Shown piece by piece: positions 36,516 through 43,907 of a stretch of DNA of 64,000 nucleotides. Below the pieces are notes generated by a model. It had not been told where the DNA came from, searched no databases, and was given only the letters and a program-made list of their open reading frames with translations. This stretch comes from an uncultured Burkholderiales bacterium (GTDB lineage Bacteria; Pseudomonadota; Gammaproteobacteria; Burkholderiales; Usitatibacteraceae): the NCBI GenBank assembly GCA_947085425.1, contig CAMTWK010000026.1, positions 6,507-70,506 of the forward strand, written 5' to 3'. The position numbers and the translations under genes were made by a program. Every line of letters starts with the position of its first letter. The stretch's first letter is position 1.

Positions 36516-38924
36516 ATGACCATAGAACGATTTGAAATTGCCATTCTCGGCTCCGGCCCTGCCGGATTATCCGCCGCCGGCCATGCTGCGGAATTAAAGG
36601 TCTCGCATATTTTGCTGGAAGCCGAAAGACAACCGGCCAGCACAATTTTTAAGTATCAAAAAGGCAAACACGTCATGGCGGAACCAGCTGTGTTGCCACT
36701 GCGCAGCCCGATGAGCTTTTCCGCCGGCACCCGCGAAAATATTTTGGGCGCATGGGACAACGAGCTCAAAAAACTCGGCGTCAATATTCGTTATCAGGCC
36801 GAGGTCAAAACCATCACCGGCGAAAAAGGCGCGTTTGTCATCACCCTCACCAACGGCAGCAAGATTGAGGCCGGCACGGTGGTGTTGTCGATTGGTGTAC
36901 AGGGTAATTTGCGTAAACTCGGCGCGCCCGGCGAAGACCTGATGGAAGTGCAGTATCAATTGAGCGACCCGGCAGAATTCAACGACGAAACCATTTTGGT
37001 GGTGGGCGCGGGTGACGCGGCGATTGAAAATGCGCTGGCCTTGGCCAAACAAAACCGCGTCATTATGATCAACCGCAACGATGAATTCACACGTTGCAAA
37101 GACGGCAACTTGTCGGCCGTGCTGGATGCTATCTCCAACAACATCCTCGAATGCCGCTTCGGCACCAAGATCGATCGGGTCGAATCGACCAACGGCGAAG
37201 GTGACACTCCGATTCGTTTTATCGCCAATACCCCGCAGGGTGTGGAAACCATCAATTGCCATCGGGTGATTGCCCGCCTGGGTGCGACCCCACCACGTAA
37301 ATTGGTGGAAAGTTTTGGCATCACCTTCCCCAACAATGATCCTTCGTCGGTGCCGCAATTGTCGGCGCAATACGAATCAAACGTGCCCGGCATTTATATT
37401 ATTGGTGCCTTGGGCGGTTACCCGCTGATCAAACAGGCGATGAACCAAGGTTACGAGGTCATTGAATACGCCCTCGGCCGCAACATCGAACCGGCCGACG
37501 AACCGCTATTGCGCGCCAAATTTTCGACCTATCGTGCGGCCAAGAGTGTCAGCGAGGGTCTGGATCGTATCCGCGAAAATGTGCCGCTGCTGTCGGCATT
37601 GACCACCTTGCAACTGCGCGAATTTTTGTTGGACAGCGAAGTGCACACCCCGGCGTTGGGGGCCACCATCTTTGCCAAAAACGATTACACCAATTCTTTC
37701 TTTTCGATTGTCGAGGGCTCGGCGACCGTTGCCATCAAGGGTGCCGACGGCAAAGACGCCACGGTGGTTTTGAGCAAGGGGCAATTTTTTGGCGAAATGG
37801 GTTTGATTTCCGGACGCCGCCGCACCGCCACTATTCTTGCCGGCGACGATTGTGTATTGATCGAAACACCACGCCGTTCGATGTTGAAATTGCTCGCCTC
37901 GGTTGAAGCCGTGCGCAAAACGCTTGATCAGGTGTCACTGAAACGGGCGGTGCGCCAATATTTGCAAGCGCAAATTGCCGAAGAAGAAGTCGACTTTTTG
38001 GTCGAAGGTGCGGTCATCAAAAAATACGCGGCCAATGAAACTGTCTTTAACGAAGGTGACAAAGCCGACGGCCTGTACATGATCCGCCGCGGCTCGGTGA
38101 TGGTGTCACGCGCGATCTCCGGCAAAGAGGTGGTGATGTCGTACGTGTCGGCCGGAAACTACGTGGGTGAAATGGCGCTGATGTCGGATGCGCCCCGCTC
38201 CGCCACGGTGCGTGCGGCGGTACCCACCGAATGTGTGATGTTGGAGGCGCAACGGTTTGTCGACGTGGTCGGACGCAATAAAGCCATGCGTGGTGGTATG
38301 GATGCAAAACTGATGCAACGTATGTCGGCCAACCAGGCAATGGAATCAAACTCCGACTCGGGCAACCTGATTTCATTTTTAATGAAACAGGGGCTGGGCG
38401 AAGCCACTGACGTATTACTCATTGACGAGTCCTTGTGTATTCGCTGCAACAACTGCGAAAAAGCCTGCGCCGAATCCCACGACGGCACCTCGCGACTCGA
38501 TCGCGAAGCCGGTCCTACCTACGCACAAATTCATGTGCCAACCTCGTGCCGACATTGTGAACATCCACACTGCATGAAAGATTGCCCTCCCGACGCGATT
38601 CATCGTTCACAAAACGGTGAGGTGTTTATCAACGACGCGTGTATCGGTTGCGGCAATTGTGAAAAAAATTGCCCTTACGGTGTGATCCAATTGGCGCCGG
38701 CCATTCCCCCGGTCAATAAACCATCCGTACTGTCCTGGTTATTGTTTGGTTTAGGTGATGAACCGGGCATGTCCAGCCAGAAGGTCGACAAGAAAGCACC
38801 GAAAAAAGCCGTTAAGTGTGACATGTGCAAAGACCTGAAAGGCGGACCGGCATGTGTGCGCTCCTGCCCAACGGGTGCGGCGTTGCGTGTGTCACCCGAG
38901 CAATTTTTGGATTACACCCGCTAG
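36516..38924 (+). CDS. Cytoplasmic fusion: FAD/NAD(P)-binding oxidoreductase + two cyclic-nucleotide-binding domains + four-Cys-cluster ferredoxin domain
   Basis: 802 aa with dinucleotide folds IAILGSGPAGLSAAG and ILVVGAGDAAIENA. The cNMP motifs are FFGEMGLISGRRRTATILA and YVGEMALMSDAPRSATVRA. The Cys clusters are CIRCNNCEKAC, CRHCEHPHCMKDCP, CIGCGNCEKNCP and CDMCKDLKGGPACVRSCP. No signal peptide or TM was seen. Confidence 0.85.
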   Translation: MTIERFEIAILGSGPAGLSAAGHAAELKVSHILLEAERQPASTIFKYQKGKHVMAEPAVLPLRSPMSFSAGTRENILGAWDNELKKLGVNIRYQAEVKTITGEKGAFVITLTNGSKIEAGTVVLSIGVQGNLRKLGAPGEDLMEVQYQLSDPAEFNDETILVVGAGDAAIENALALAKQNRVIMINRNDEFTRCKDGNLSAVLDAISNNILECRFGTKIDRVESTNGEGDTPIRFIANTPQGVETINCHRVIARLGATPPRKLVESFGITFPNNDPSSVPQLSAQYESNVPGIYIIGALGGYPLIKQAMNQGYEVIEYALGRNIEPADEPLLRAKFSTYRAAKSVSEGLDRIRENVPLLSALTTLQLREFLLDSEVHTPALGATIFAKNDYTNSFFSIVEGSATVAIKGADGKDATVVLSKGQFFGEMGLISGRRRTATILAGDDCVLIETPRRSMLKLLASVEAVRKTLDQVSLKRAVRQYLQAQIAEEEVDFLVEGAVIKKYAANETVFNEGDKADGLYMIRRGSVMVSRAISGKEVVMSYVSAGNYVGEMALMSDAPRSATVRAAVPTECVMLEAQRFVDVVGRNKAMRGGMDAKLMQRMSANQAMESNSDSGNLISFLMKQGLGEATDVLLIDESLCIRCNNCEKACAESHDGTSRLDREAGPTYAQIHVPTSCRHCEHPHCMKDCPPDAIHRSQNGEVFINDACIGCGNCEKNCPYGVIQLAPAIPPVNKPSVLSWLLFGLGDEPGMSSQKVDKKAPKKAVKCDMCKDLKGGPACVRSCPTGAALRVSPEQFLDYTR

Positions 38925-39057
38925 GAGTCCGCGCGGACCCCTGGCTTGCGAGGCACTTCGCCTCTTTGGTTTTGGCGGAGGGCGTGGGTGCAGCGTTCCG
39001 CGTGGTTCGGCGTGGTGTAAGCAACACCCCGCAAAATGTCGGCAGCGGCGGCCTTGA

Positions 39058-39215
39058 GAAAGCACATTTAGGAAATTCAGTTCCGCTACATCCGCGCAAA
39101 AGCGTCAACTGACAAGGTCGACCCGACCCGGCGACATGCGTGCCACCCAAAAGCAACTCGGGCACGCATCAGCCAAGATGACGGAGCACTATGTTCGCGC
39201 CCGTTTAGGAAATGT
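39058..39215 (+). pseudogene. C-terminal fragment of a tyrosine integrase gene (remnant outside the current island)
   Basis: The frame containing ORF 39136..39351 reads ...RPGDMRATQKQLGHASAKMTEHYVRARLG, the conserved LGHxxxxMTxxYxH tail with the catalytic Tyr. A stop lies at 39055-39057 and no upstream catalytic boxes are present. Confidence 0.55.
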
Positions 39216-39328
39216 AGTTGAACCAGCGAAGTGGTTTTATCGCAGCAATAAAACCGTTGAATTGCGGAGCGCTCCGCAAGTCAACGGTTTCTCAACCGGT
39301 TCACACTTAACACAAGTACCTGATTTTA

Positions 39329-39374
39329 TTGGTGGGCCGTGTTGGACTTGAACCAACGACCAAAGGATTATGAG
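39329..39374. repeat. Distal att repeat: 46-bp exact copy of the 3' part of the tRNA(CAT) gene
   Basis: ttggtgggccgtgttggacttgaaccaacgaccaaaggattatgag is identical to 46189..46234. It runs from CCA to the anticodon loop. Confidence 0.95.
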
Positions 39375-39470
39375 CAGATTTGACGAGAAAAAACACTTAT
39401 TTTTCAATGCATTAGCGCACAAGTCCTGACTGTGTATTGGACTGTGTACGCTATGCAAATCTGATTATGA

Positions 39471-39935
39471 CTACTTTTTCTTAGCGTCCCTTTTTGCCTT
39501 CAATTGTGCTGAAAGTCGACCTGCGTTTTCTTTGAGTTGTGAATCAAATTCGCCCATCGAAACTGCTTCGCGCAATTTCTCGAACACAGGAATCAGGTTC
39601 GTCATTTCGCCAACTTCAACTGCGGTTTTACCTTTGGCGATCTCCAACGGTTTGTAGCCGTAACGAAGTTCGACGTAGGTTTTGCCGTCGTTGCCCTTGA
39701 ACCACATCTCACGCACCAAAGCATCGCGTTGCTGCGTCAGAACCGCGCCTGTCTCGTCATTCTTTACGCGCTTGATACGTGACACCGTCAAACGCTTTCC
39801 TTGCGACGCTGCGCGTGCTGCTTCGATCTGCTCGTGGATCGACGTAATCAGTTTGTTGCGACGAATAACTACCGCATCGACACGATTTGGACGTGTTACC
39901 GCCGATGCTTTTAGTGTTTGTAGGATGCTTGCCAT
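39471..39935 (-). CDS. Hypothetical protein (154 aa, Lys-rich C-terminus)
   Basis: A clean ORF, MASILQTLKASAVTRPNRVDAVVIRRNKLI...SAQLKAKRDAKKK. I recognise no motif. Confidence 0.5.
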   Translation of the reverse strand: MASILQTLKASAVTRPNRVDAVVIRRNKLITSIHEQIEAARAASQGKRLTVSRIKRVKNDETGAVLTQQRDALVREMWFKGNDGKTYVELRYGYKPLEIAKGKTAVEVGEMTNLIPVFEKLREAVSMGEFDSQLKENAGRLSAQLKAKRDAKKK

Positions 39936-40045
39936 GAATGCCTCGCTTTGTTGTTGATGACAAAAACGATGCTATGGACTTGGTGATTTACTGTCTATCT
40001 GCGAAGATATTTACTTGGCTGTCCGATAGTTAGTGCTCGTTCAAG

Positions 40046-40072
40046 AGACGCTCGCTGCTGCAGCGAGCGTCT
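40046..40072. other. Perfect 12-bp-stem hairpin
   Basis: AGACGCTCGCTG-ctg-CAGCGAGCGTCT lies between the IS remnant and the 154-aa gene. No T-run follows on either strand. Confidence 0.3.
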
Positions 40073-40118
40073 ATCGCTATTTAGGTGCTGAAAGTAATTT
40101 TGTGTAGACTGATTTTTG

Positions 40119-40282
40119 TTACAGTGATTTCGTACCGATGTCGAGTTTTCTGCCGACTTCCGCATACGTGAGTTTCTGCTCGGTGATGAGTTTGAAGGCT
40201 TCAGCTTTGAATTCGGCGGTGAAAGTGCGGCGGGGAATACGTTTCAAAATGACTCCCATGAAAAACGTTGGGACACTACTGA
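40119..40282 (-). mobile_element. Truncated IS3-family-like element: terminal inverted repeat plus the first 46 codons of an OrfA (HTH) transposase gene
   Basis: The minus strand reads TCAGTAGTGTCCCAACGTTT-ttc-ATG, then MGVILKRIPRRTFTAEFKAEAFKLITEQKLTYAEVGRKLDIGTKSL*. This is the RRxFxxEFKxxAV...LGI pattern of IS3/IS911 OrfA. The remainder is deleted. Confidence 0.7.
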
Positions 40283-40292
40283 CTTGGGCTAT

Positions 40293-41291
40293 ATGAAAAG
40301 AATTAAATTTATTGACTTGTTTTGTGGAATAGGTGGCTTTCACTATGCCATAGAAGATGCTGCGCGGAGATTAGGATTTGAGACCGAATGTGTATTTGCA
40401 AGTGATATAGATAAAGAAGCAAGCGTCGCTTACAACGAAAATTTTGGCATTGACTCACATAGTGACATAACAAAAATAGATGCTAAAGACATACCGCCAC
40501 ATGACATATTGCTTGCGGGATTTCCGTGCCAGGCGTTTAGCATTATCGGTGCAAGAAAAGGGTTTGACGATACAAGAGGCACACTATTTTTTGACATAGC
40601 ACGAATACTTAAAGAGAAGCAGCCCAAAGGTTTTGTCTTAGAAAATGTCAAGCAACTTCGAGGGCATGACGGTGGCAGAACTCTTGTTGTAATACTGGAC
40701 ACCCTAAAGGAATTAGGGTATCAGGTTGAATACAAAGTGTTGAATGCAAAAGATTTTGGATTGCCACAAAAAAGGGAACGCATCTTTATTGTGGGATGGA
40801 AATCAACTCTAAAATTTGATTGGGAATTTGACGAAGTGAAAATGACGCCATTATCAAAAGTTTTGGAAAAGAAAGTCGATAACTTTTATTATGCCTCCGA
40901 AAAAATTGTCGCTAGTAGAATGTTGAATGTAAAAGCAGCGCAAATTGAACATAATCGACCGACCATTTGGCACCAAAACAAAAGTGGCAACATAAGTGCG
41001 CACGAATATAGTTGCGCTTTACGAGCTGGCGCATCTTACAATTACTTGTTGGTAAATGGCGTGAGAAGAATGACAGAGCGTGAAATGCTTCGGCTGCAAG
41101 GATTTCCAGAGCACTTTAAGATAACGCATACATACGCGACAATAAGACGCTTTGCGGGAAATTCATTACCAATTCCAACTGCGAATGCGGTAATCTATAT
41201 GCTTATTGATAAAAATATCAAAAAAAGCTATGAGCCAAAGACTACCAAAGTTGCGACAAGCAATAAAGTCCACACCACTGTATCCACTTAA
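40293..41291 (+). CDS. DNA (cytosine-5)-methyltransferase (type II R-M, M subunit)
   Basis: Lies in ORF 40284..41291. Motifs in order are FIDLFCGIGGF (I), GFPCQAFS (IV), RGTLFFD, VLENVKQL (VI), QKRERIFIVG (VIII) and GNSLPIP (X). The wording is close to M.HhaI-type enzymes as I recall them; the specificity is unknown. Confidence 0.9.
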   Translation: MKRIKFIDLFCGIGGFHYAIEDAARRLGFETECVFASDIDKEASVAYNENFGIDSHSDITKIDAKDIPPHDILLAGFPCQAFSIIGARKGFDDTRGTLFFDIARILKEKQPKGFVLENVKQLRGHDGGRTLVVILDTLKELGYQVEYKVLNAKDFGLPQKRERIFIVGWKSTLKFDWEFDEVKMTPLSKVLEKKVDNFYYASEKIVASRMLNVKAAQIEHNRPTIWHQNKSGNISAHEYSCALRAGASYNYLLVNGVRRMTEREMLRLQGFPEHFKITHTYATIRRFAGNSLPIPTANAVIYMLIDKNIKKSYEPKTTKVATSNKVHTTVST

Positions 41292-41991
41292 CAGCTTTCC
41301 AAGCCAATTTGCAAAAAAATTAGCTGAATCAATTTGTGTGCATATAGCTACGCGAGGTGAGGCTGATTTAGAGGGAAATGAATGGGAACAAATATTTGCG
41401 AATTGTATTGGTGCTAAGTGGCATCCATCAAATATTGGATTGGACGACATTCAACACAACCAATCATCTACGGCTTGGGGTGCGAAAACTGTAAAAGGAA
41501 AAATTCTAACAACAAGTGAAGCAAACTTAAACCCACAAAAAGTGAGATTGATAAGTGGGCGAAATTCACCAAACTATAGTTACGAAGAAACAATTGACCC
41601 AAAAACGTCAGATCCAAATAAAGTTGGAGAGATGGTGCTTGATATTTGGAATACAAGAGTTAGAGAAGTAAGAGCACATTTTGGAAATTTAAGAACTGTG
41701 GTGTTGCTAAAAGGCGATGCGCTTAAAAGTGTTGCTGTATTTGAAATGGAAACAGAACTTTATATAGTTAAAGAATTTACTTGGAAGTGGAATAAGAATG
41801 GCAACTTGGAAGGATCCGATACAAATTCGGAGCATAGATTTACTTGGCAACCACACGGTTCGCAATTTACGATAATTGAATTTATTCCAACCAATGCGCT
41901 GCGATTAGCGATTAAACGACCAAAAGACATACCAAAATCAGAAGTGCTAAAGCAAATTGGCTTTAACGATACTTTTTTTAGTAGGATTTGA
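41230..41991 (+). CDS. Putative type II restriction endonuclease (partner of the m5C methyltransferase)
   Basis: Lies in ORF 41206..41991, same strand as the MTase gene, whose 3' end it overlaps by 62-86 nt depending on the start (ATG 41206 or 41230). I recognise no family motif; the call rests on context. Confidence 0.45.
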   Translation: MSQRLPKLRQAIKSTPLYPLNSFPSQFAKKLAESICVHIATRGEADLEGNEWEQIFANCIGAKWHPSNIGLDDIQHNQSSTAWGAKTVKGKILTTSEANLNPQKVRLISGRNSPNYSYEETIDPKTSDPNKVGEMVLDIWNTRVREVRAHFGNLRTVVLLKGDALKSVAVFEMETELYIVKEFTWKWNKNGNLEGSDTNSEHRFTWQPHGSQFTIIEFIPTNALRLAIKRPKDIPKSEVLKQIGFNDTFFSRI

Positions 41992-41993
41992 TA

Positions 41994-42167
41994 TCAGTAG
42001 TGTCCCAACGTTTACAAAGCAAGGCAATTTAATCGAATGATTTAATTGGTGAATTTAGCATTTACGTATGGTTTCGATTTGAATTGAAAAGCAAAATGCG
42101 CCGCTTATGAAATCAACAACTTACGGGCAAAATTACAGTCAAAATTCAAACGTTGGGACACTACTGA
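41994..42167. mobile_element. 174-bp MITE with 20-bp perfect terminal inverted repeats and a 7-bp target duplication
   Basis: It reads TCAGTAGTGTCCCAACGTTT ... AAACGTTGGGACACTACTGA, the same 20-mer as the IS remnant end at 40263..40282. It has no coding capacity and is flanked by TTTGATA (41987-41993) and TTTGATA (42168-42174). Confidence 0.85.
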
Positions 42168-42173
42168 TTTGAT

Positions 42174-42524
42174 ATGGGAAAAGAAGAATTAGAAGAGAGA
42201 TTTGTGGGGTATCTGACTCGTAAAATGAAACGAGATGGTAGGCTATACGGCAAGAGTTATTTGAAAGACAAGCTTGCACGCCTAAGAAGATTGCAGAAAA
42301 TCCTCCCAATCTCCAAATTAGGAAATATTACCGATGAAAATTATTTTGAACTTACAGACAAAGTAATGAAAAAGTTGAATCAACCTATTGGGTCTATTGG
42401 CAGGAACTATAAGTATGGTGACTGTATGGTGGTAATGCGTTTGTTATATGAAATGAATAATGCAGGCAAGCAAGGAAAACGATATGTTTATTATGGCGGA
42501 GTAAAAGTTCCTAATGCTAGATAA
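42174..42524 (+). CDS. Hypothetical 116-aa basic protein, originally abutting the restriction gene
   Basis: MGKEELEERFVGYLTRKMKRDGRLYGKSYLKDKLARLRRLQKIL. Its ATG begins at the last base of the MITE target duplication. It loosely resembles an integrase N-terminal SAM-like/core-binding segment. Confidence 0.45.
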   Translation: MGKEELEERFVGYLTRKMKRDGRLYGKSYLKDKLARLRRLQKILPISKLGNITDENYFELTDKVMKKLNQPIGSIGRNYKYGDCMVVMRLLYEMNNAGKQGKRYVYYGGVKVPNAR

Positions 42525-42594
42525 AATATATCTTCACTAAATAACACAGTCTGCAAATTTTGCAACGCATGAAATGCGTGAGTGCACCTATGCT

Positions 42595-43176
42595 CTAAAT
42601 CAAATCTATTGCTCGGCGCATCATCTCATCGTTTAGATCAATATAGCGTTGCGTGGTGCTCATGTGTTTGTGTCCTGCCAACGCCATTAGCACTCGAACG
42701 CCAACCCCTTTGTTCGCAAGCGTCGTGATGAATGTTCTCCGACCACTGTGACTCGTCGCACCTGCAATTCCTGCACGGTGATACCAAATCCGCATCATTT
42801 GGCACAGCGTATTGCCGCTGAATCCATTTCTATTGCGTTGAGAACCGATTAGCGGTGCGTTGCTGTCATTGAATTTCGTTGCTTTGATGTATGACGCCAA
42901 CTCGCGCTGCAATTTGTTGCCGACGATTACGACGCGTCCCTTGTTGCCCTTTGTTTGGTCAGAGCTCAATCGAATCTCCGATTTGATCGTTCCATCGACG
43001 TTGAGTACATCGGCAACTTTGATCGCGGCAATTTCACCGACCCTCATGCCGCCCCATGTTGACAACAAAATCGCCGTTCGATTGCGCGCAGGATGCGGAC
43101 CGATTGCTAAACGAGCCAGGACGGCACGTAGTTCTTTTTCGCTGAGTGTTTTTGCTTGTGGCATTTTTGTAAGCAT
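42595..43176 (-). CDS. Short (193-aa) tyrosine recombinase, catalytic domain only
   Basis: Catalytic boxes are present: GMRVGEIAAIKVADV (Arg I), TKGNKGRVV (beta-hairpin Lys), HSGRRTFITTLA (His-x-x-Arg II) and LAGHKHMSTTQRYIDL (His/Tyr). Confidence 0.8.
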   Translation of the reverse strand: MLTKMPQAKTLSEKELRAVLARLAIGPHPARNRTAILLSTWGGMRVGEIAAIKVADVLNVDGTIKSEIRLSSDQTKGNKGRVVIVGNKLQRELASYIKATKFNDSNAPLIGSQRNRNGFSGNTLCQMMRIWYHRAGIAGATSHSGRRTFITTLANKGVGVRVLMALAGHKHMSTTQRYIDLNDEMMRRAIDLI

Positions 43177-43345
43177 CTAATGAAATGATGTGCCAACGGT
43201 AATTGCTTATTTAATTAATGTCCATCTTTTTGGACCGTCGAAAAAAATGCTTAGCACTCAATCGGTTGGCACTACAAATAACAAATTGTGGAAAATGTTA
43301 GATACCGAGAAAGTTGCTGTCCGTCGCCTTACGTGTTGGTCGCGG

Positions 43346-43510
43346 TCACTTGAACTGAACTGATTTTGACTTCAAGAACTCCTTGATCGCTACTCGGTAA
43401 ACGTACGAAGGTTTGGTGTCCCAATCAGCCGCAAATTTGCTGACGAAATCGTGCCATGTCTTTGGCAATCGAAGCGAGGTCAAATGCTTTTCGGTTTTGG
43501 TGTTTTTCAT
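43346..43510 (-). CDS. Ribbon-helix-helix (CopG/Arc-like) small protein, 54 aa (below the ORF-track cut-off)
   Basis: ATG 43510 follows a GGGAGA RBS. The product is MKNTKTEKHLTSLRLPKTWHDFVSKFAADWDTKPSYVYRVAIKEFLKSKSVQFK*. It has a beta-strand (LTSLRLP) followed by two helices, typical of RHH proteins. Confidence 0.6.
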   Translation of the reverse strand: MKNTKTEKHLTSLRLPKTWHDFVSKFAADWDTKPSYVYRVAIKEFLKSKSVQFK

Positions 43511-43519
43511 GTCTCTCCC

Positions 43520-43696
43520 TTAGGTTTCTATAACGATCAACGTAAAGTCGTTTGCGCCATCGCGCATCTCGTTTATCTCGCGGACAAATCTATACATTCC
43601 AAATTGGTTGGCGACGTCAGCGCTAAAGATATTCTTGATTTCATTATTTTTAATGAAGTCGCTTAGCTGCTTCTTAGTAATCATTTCGTATTCCAT
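43520..43696 (-). CDS. Small hypothetical protein, 58 aa (paralogue A, unlisted in the ORF track)
   Basis: ATG 43696 follows an AGGA RBS. The product is MEYEMITKKQLSDFIKNNEIKNIFSADVANQFGMYRFVREINEMRDGANDFTLIVIET*. Its stop lies 9 nt before the RHH start. Confidence 0.5.
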   Translation of the reverse strand: MEYEMITKKQLSDFIKNNEIKNIFSADVANQFGMYRFVREINEMRDGANDFTLIVIET

Positions 43697-43707
43697 ATTT
43701 TTCCTTT

Positions 43708-43887
43708 TTAGGTTTCCAATAAGATCAAGGTTATTTTCCTTTTGGAAATTCTCTTTTTCTTGATCTCATTCATGAAATTGGTTAGACCAAAATCATCTTC
43801 AATGTCATCAATCAATAAGTTTCTTATGTTGGCTGCTTGAATTAATTTCATTAGGTCTTGTTTTGTTTTGATTTCTTTCTTAAGCAT
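43708..43887 (-). CDS. Small hypothetical protein, 59 aa (paralogue B, unlisted in the ORF track)
   Basis: ATG 43887 follows an AGGGA RBS. The product is MLKKEIKTKQDLMKLIQAANIRNLLIDDIEDDFGLTNFMNEIKKKRISKRKITLILLET*. It aligns with paralogue A (KxQL, I.N, D...FG..F..EI, TLI..ET*). Confidence 0.5.
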   Translation of the reverse strand: MLKKEIKTKQDLMKLIQAANIRNLLIDDIEDDFGLTNFMNEIKKKRISKRKITLILLET

Positions 43888-43907
43888 TCTTTTCCCTTAC
43901 ACGATTT

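Noticed and set aside
36594-37370. Long antisense ORFs inside large genes (for example 36594..37370(-), 14948..15739(+), 2054..2608(+), 58612..59196(+), 46745..47287(-))
   Set aside because: They lie opposite genes with strong family signatures and have Arg/Gly/His-rich shadow-frame composition. None has a credible RBS or motif.
38825-39165. ORFs 38825..39112(+), 38854..39057(+) and 38812..39165(-) after the flavo-FeS gene
   Set aside because: They overlap each other and the 3' end of a well-supported gene, and their composition is not protein-like. The region is better explained as island debris containing an integrase tail fragment.
43451-43666. 71-aa plus-strand ORF in the island
   Set aside because: It is antisense to two RBS-equipped, mutually paralogous or RHH-type small genes on the minus strand, which explain the region better.
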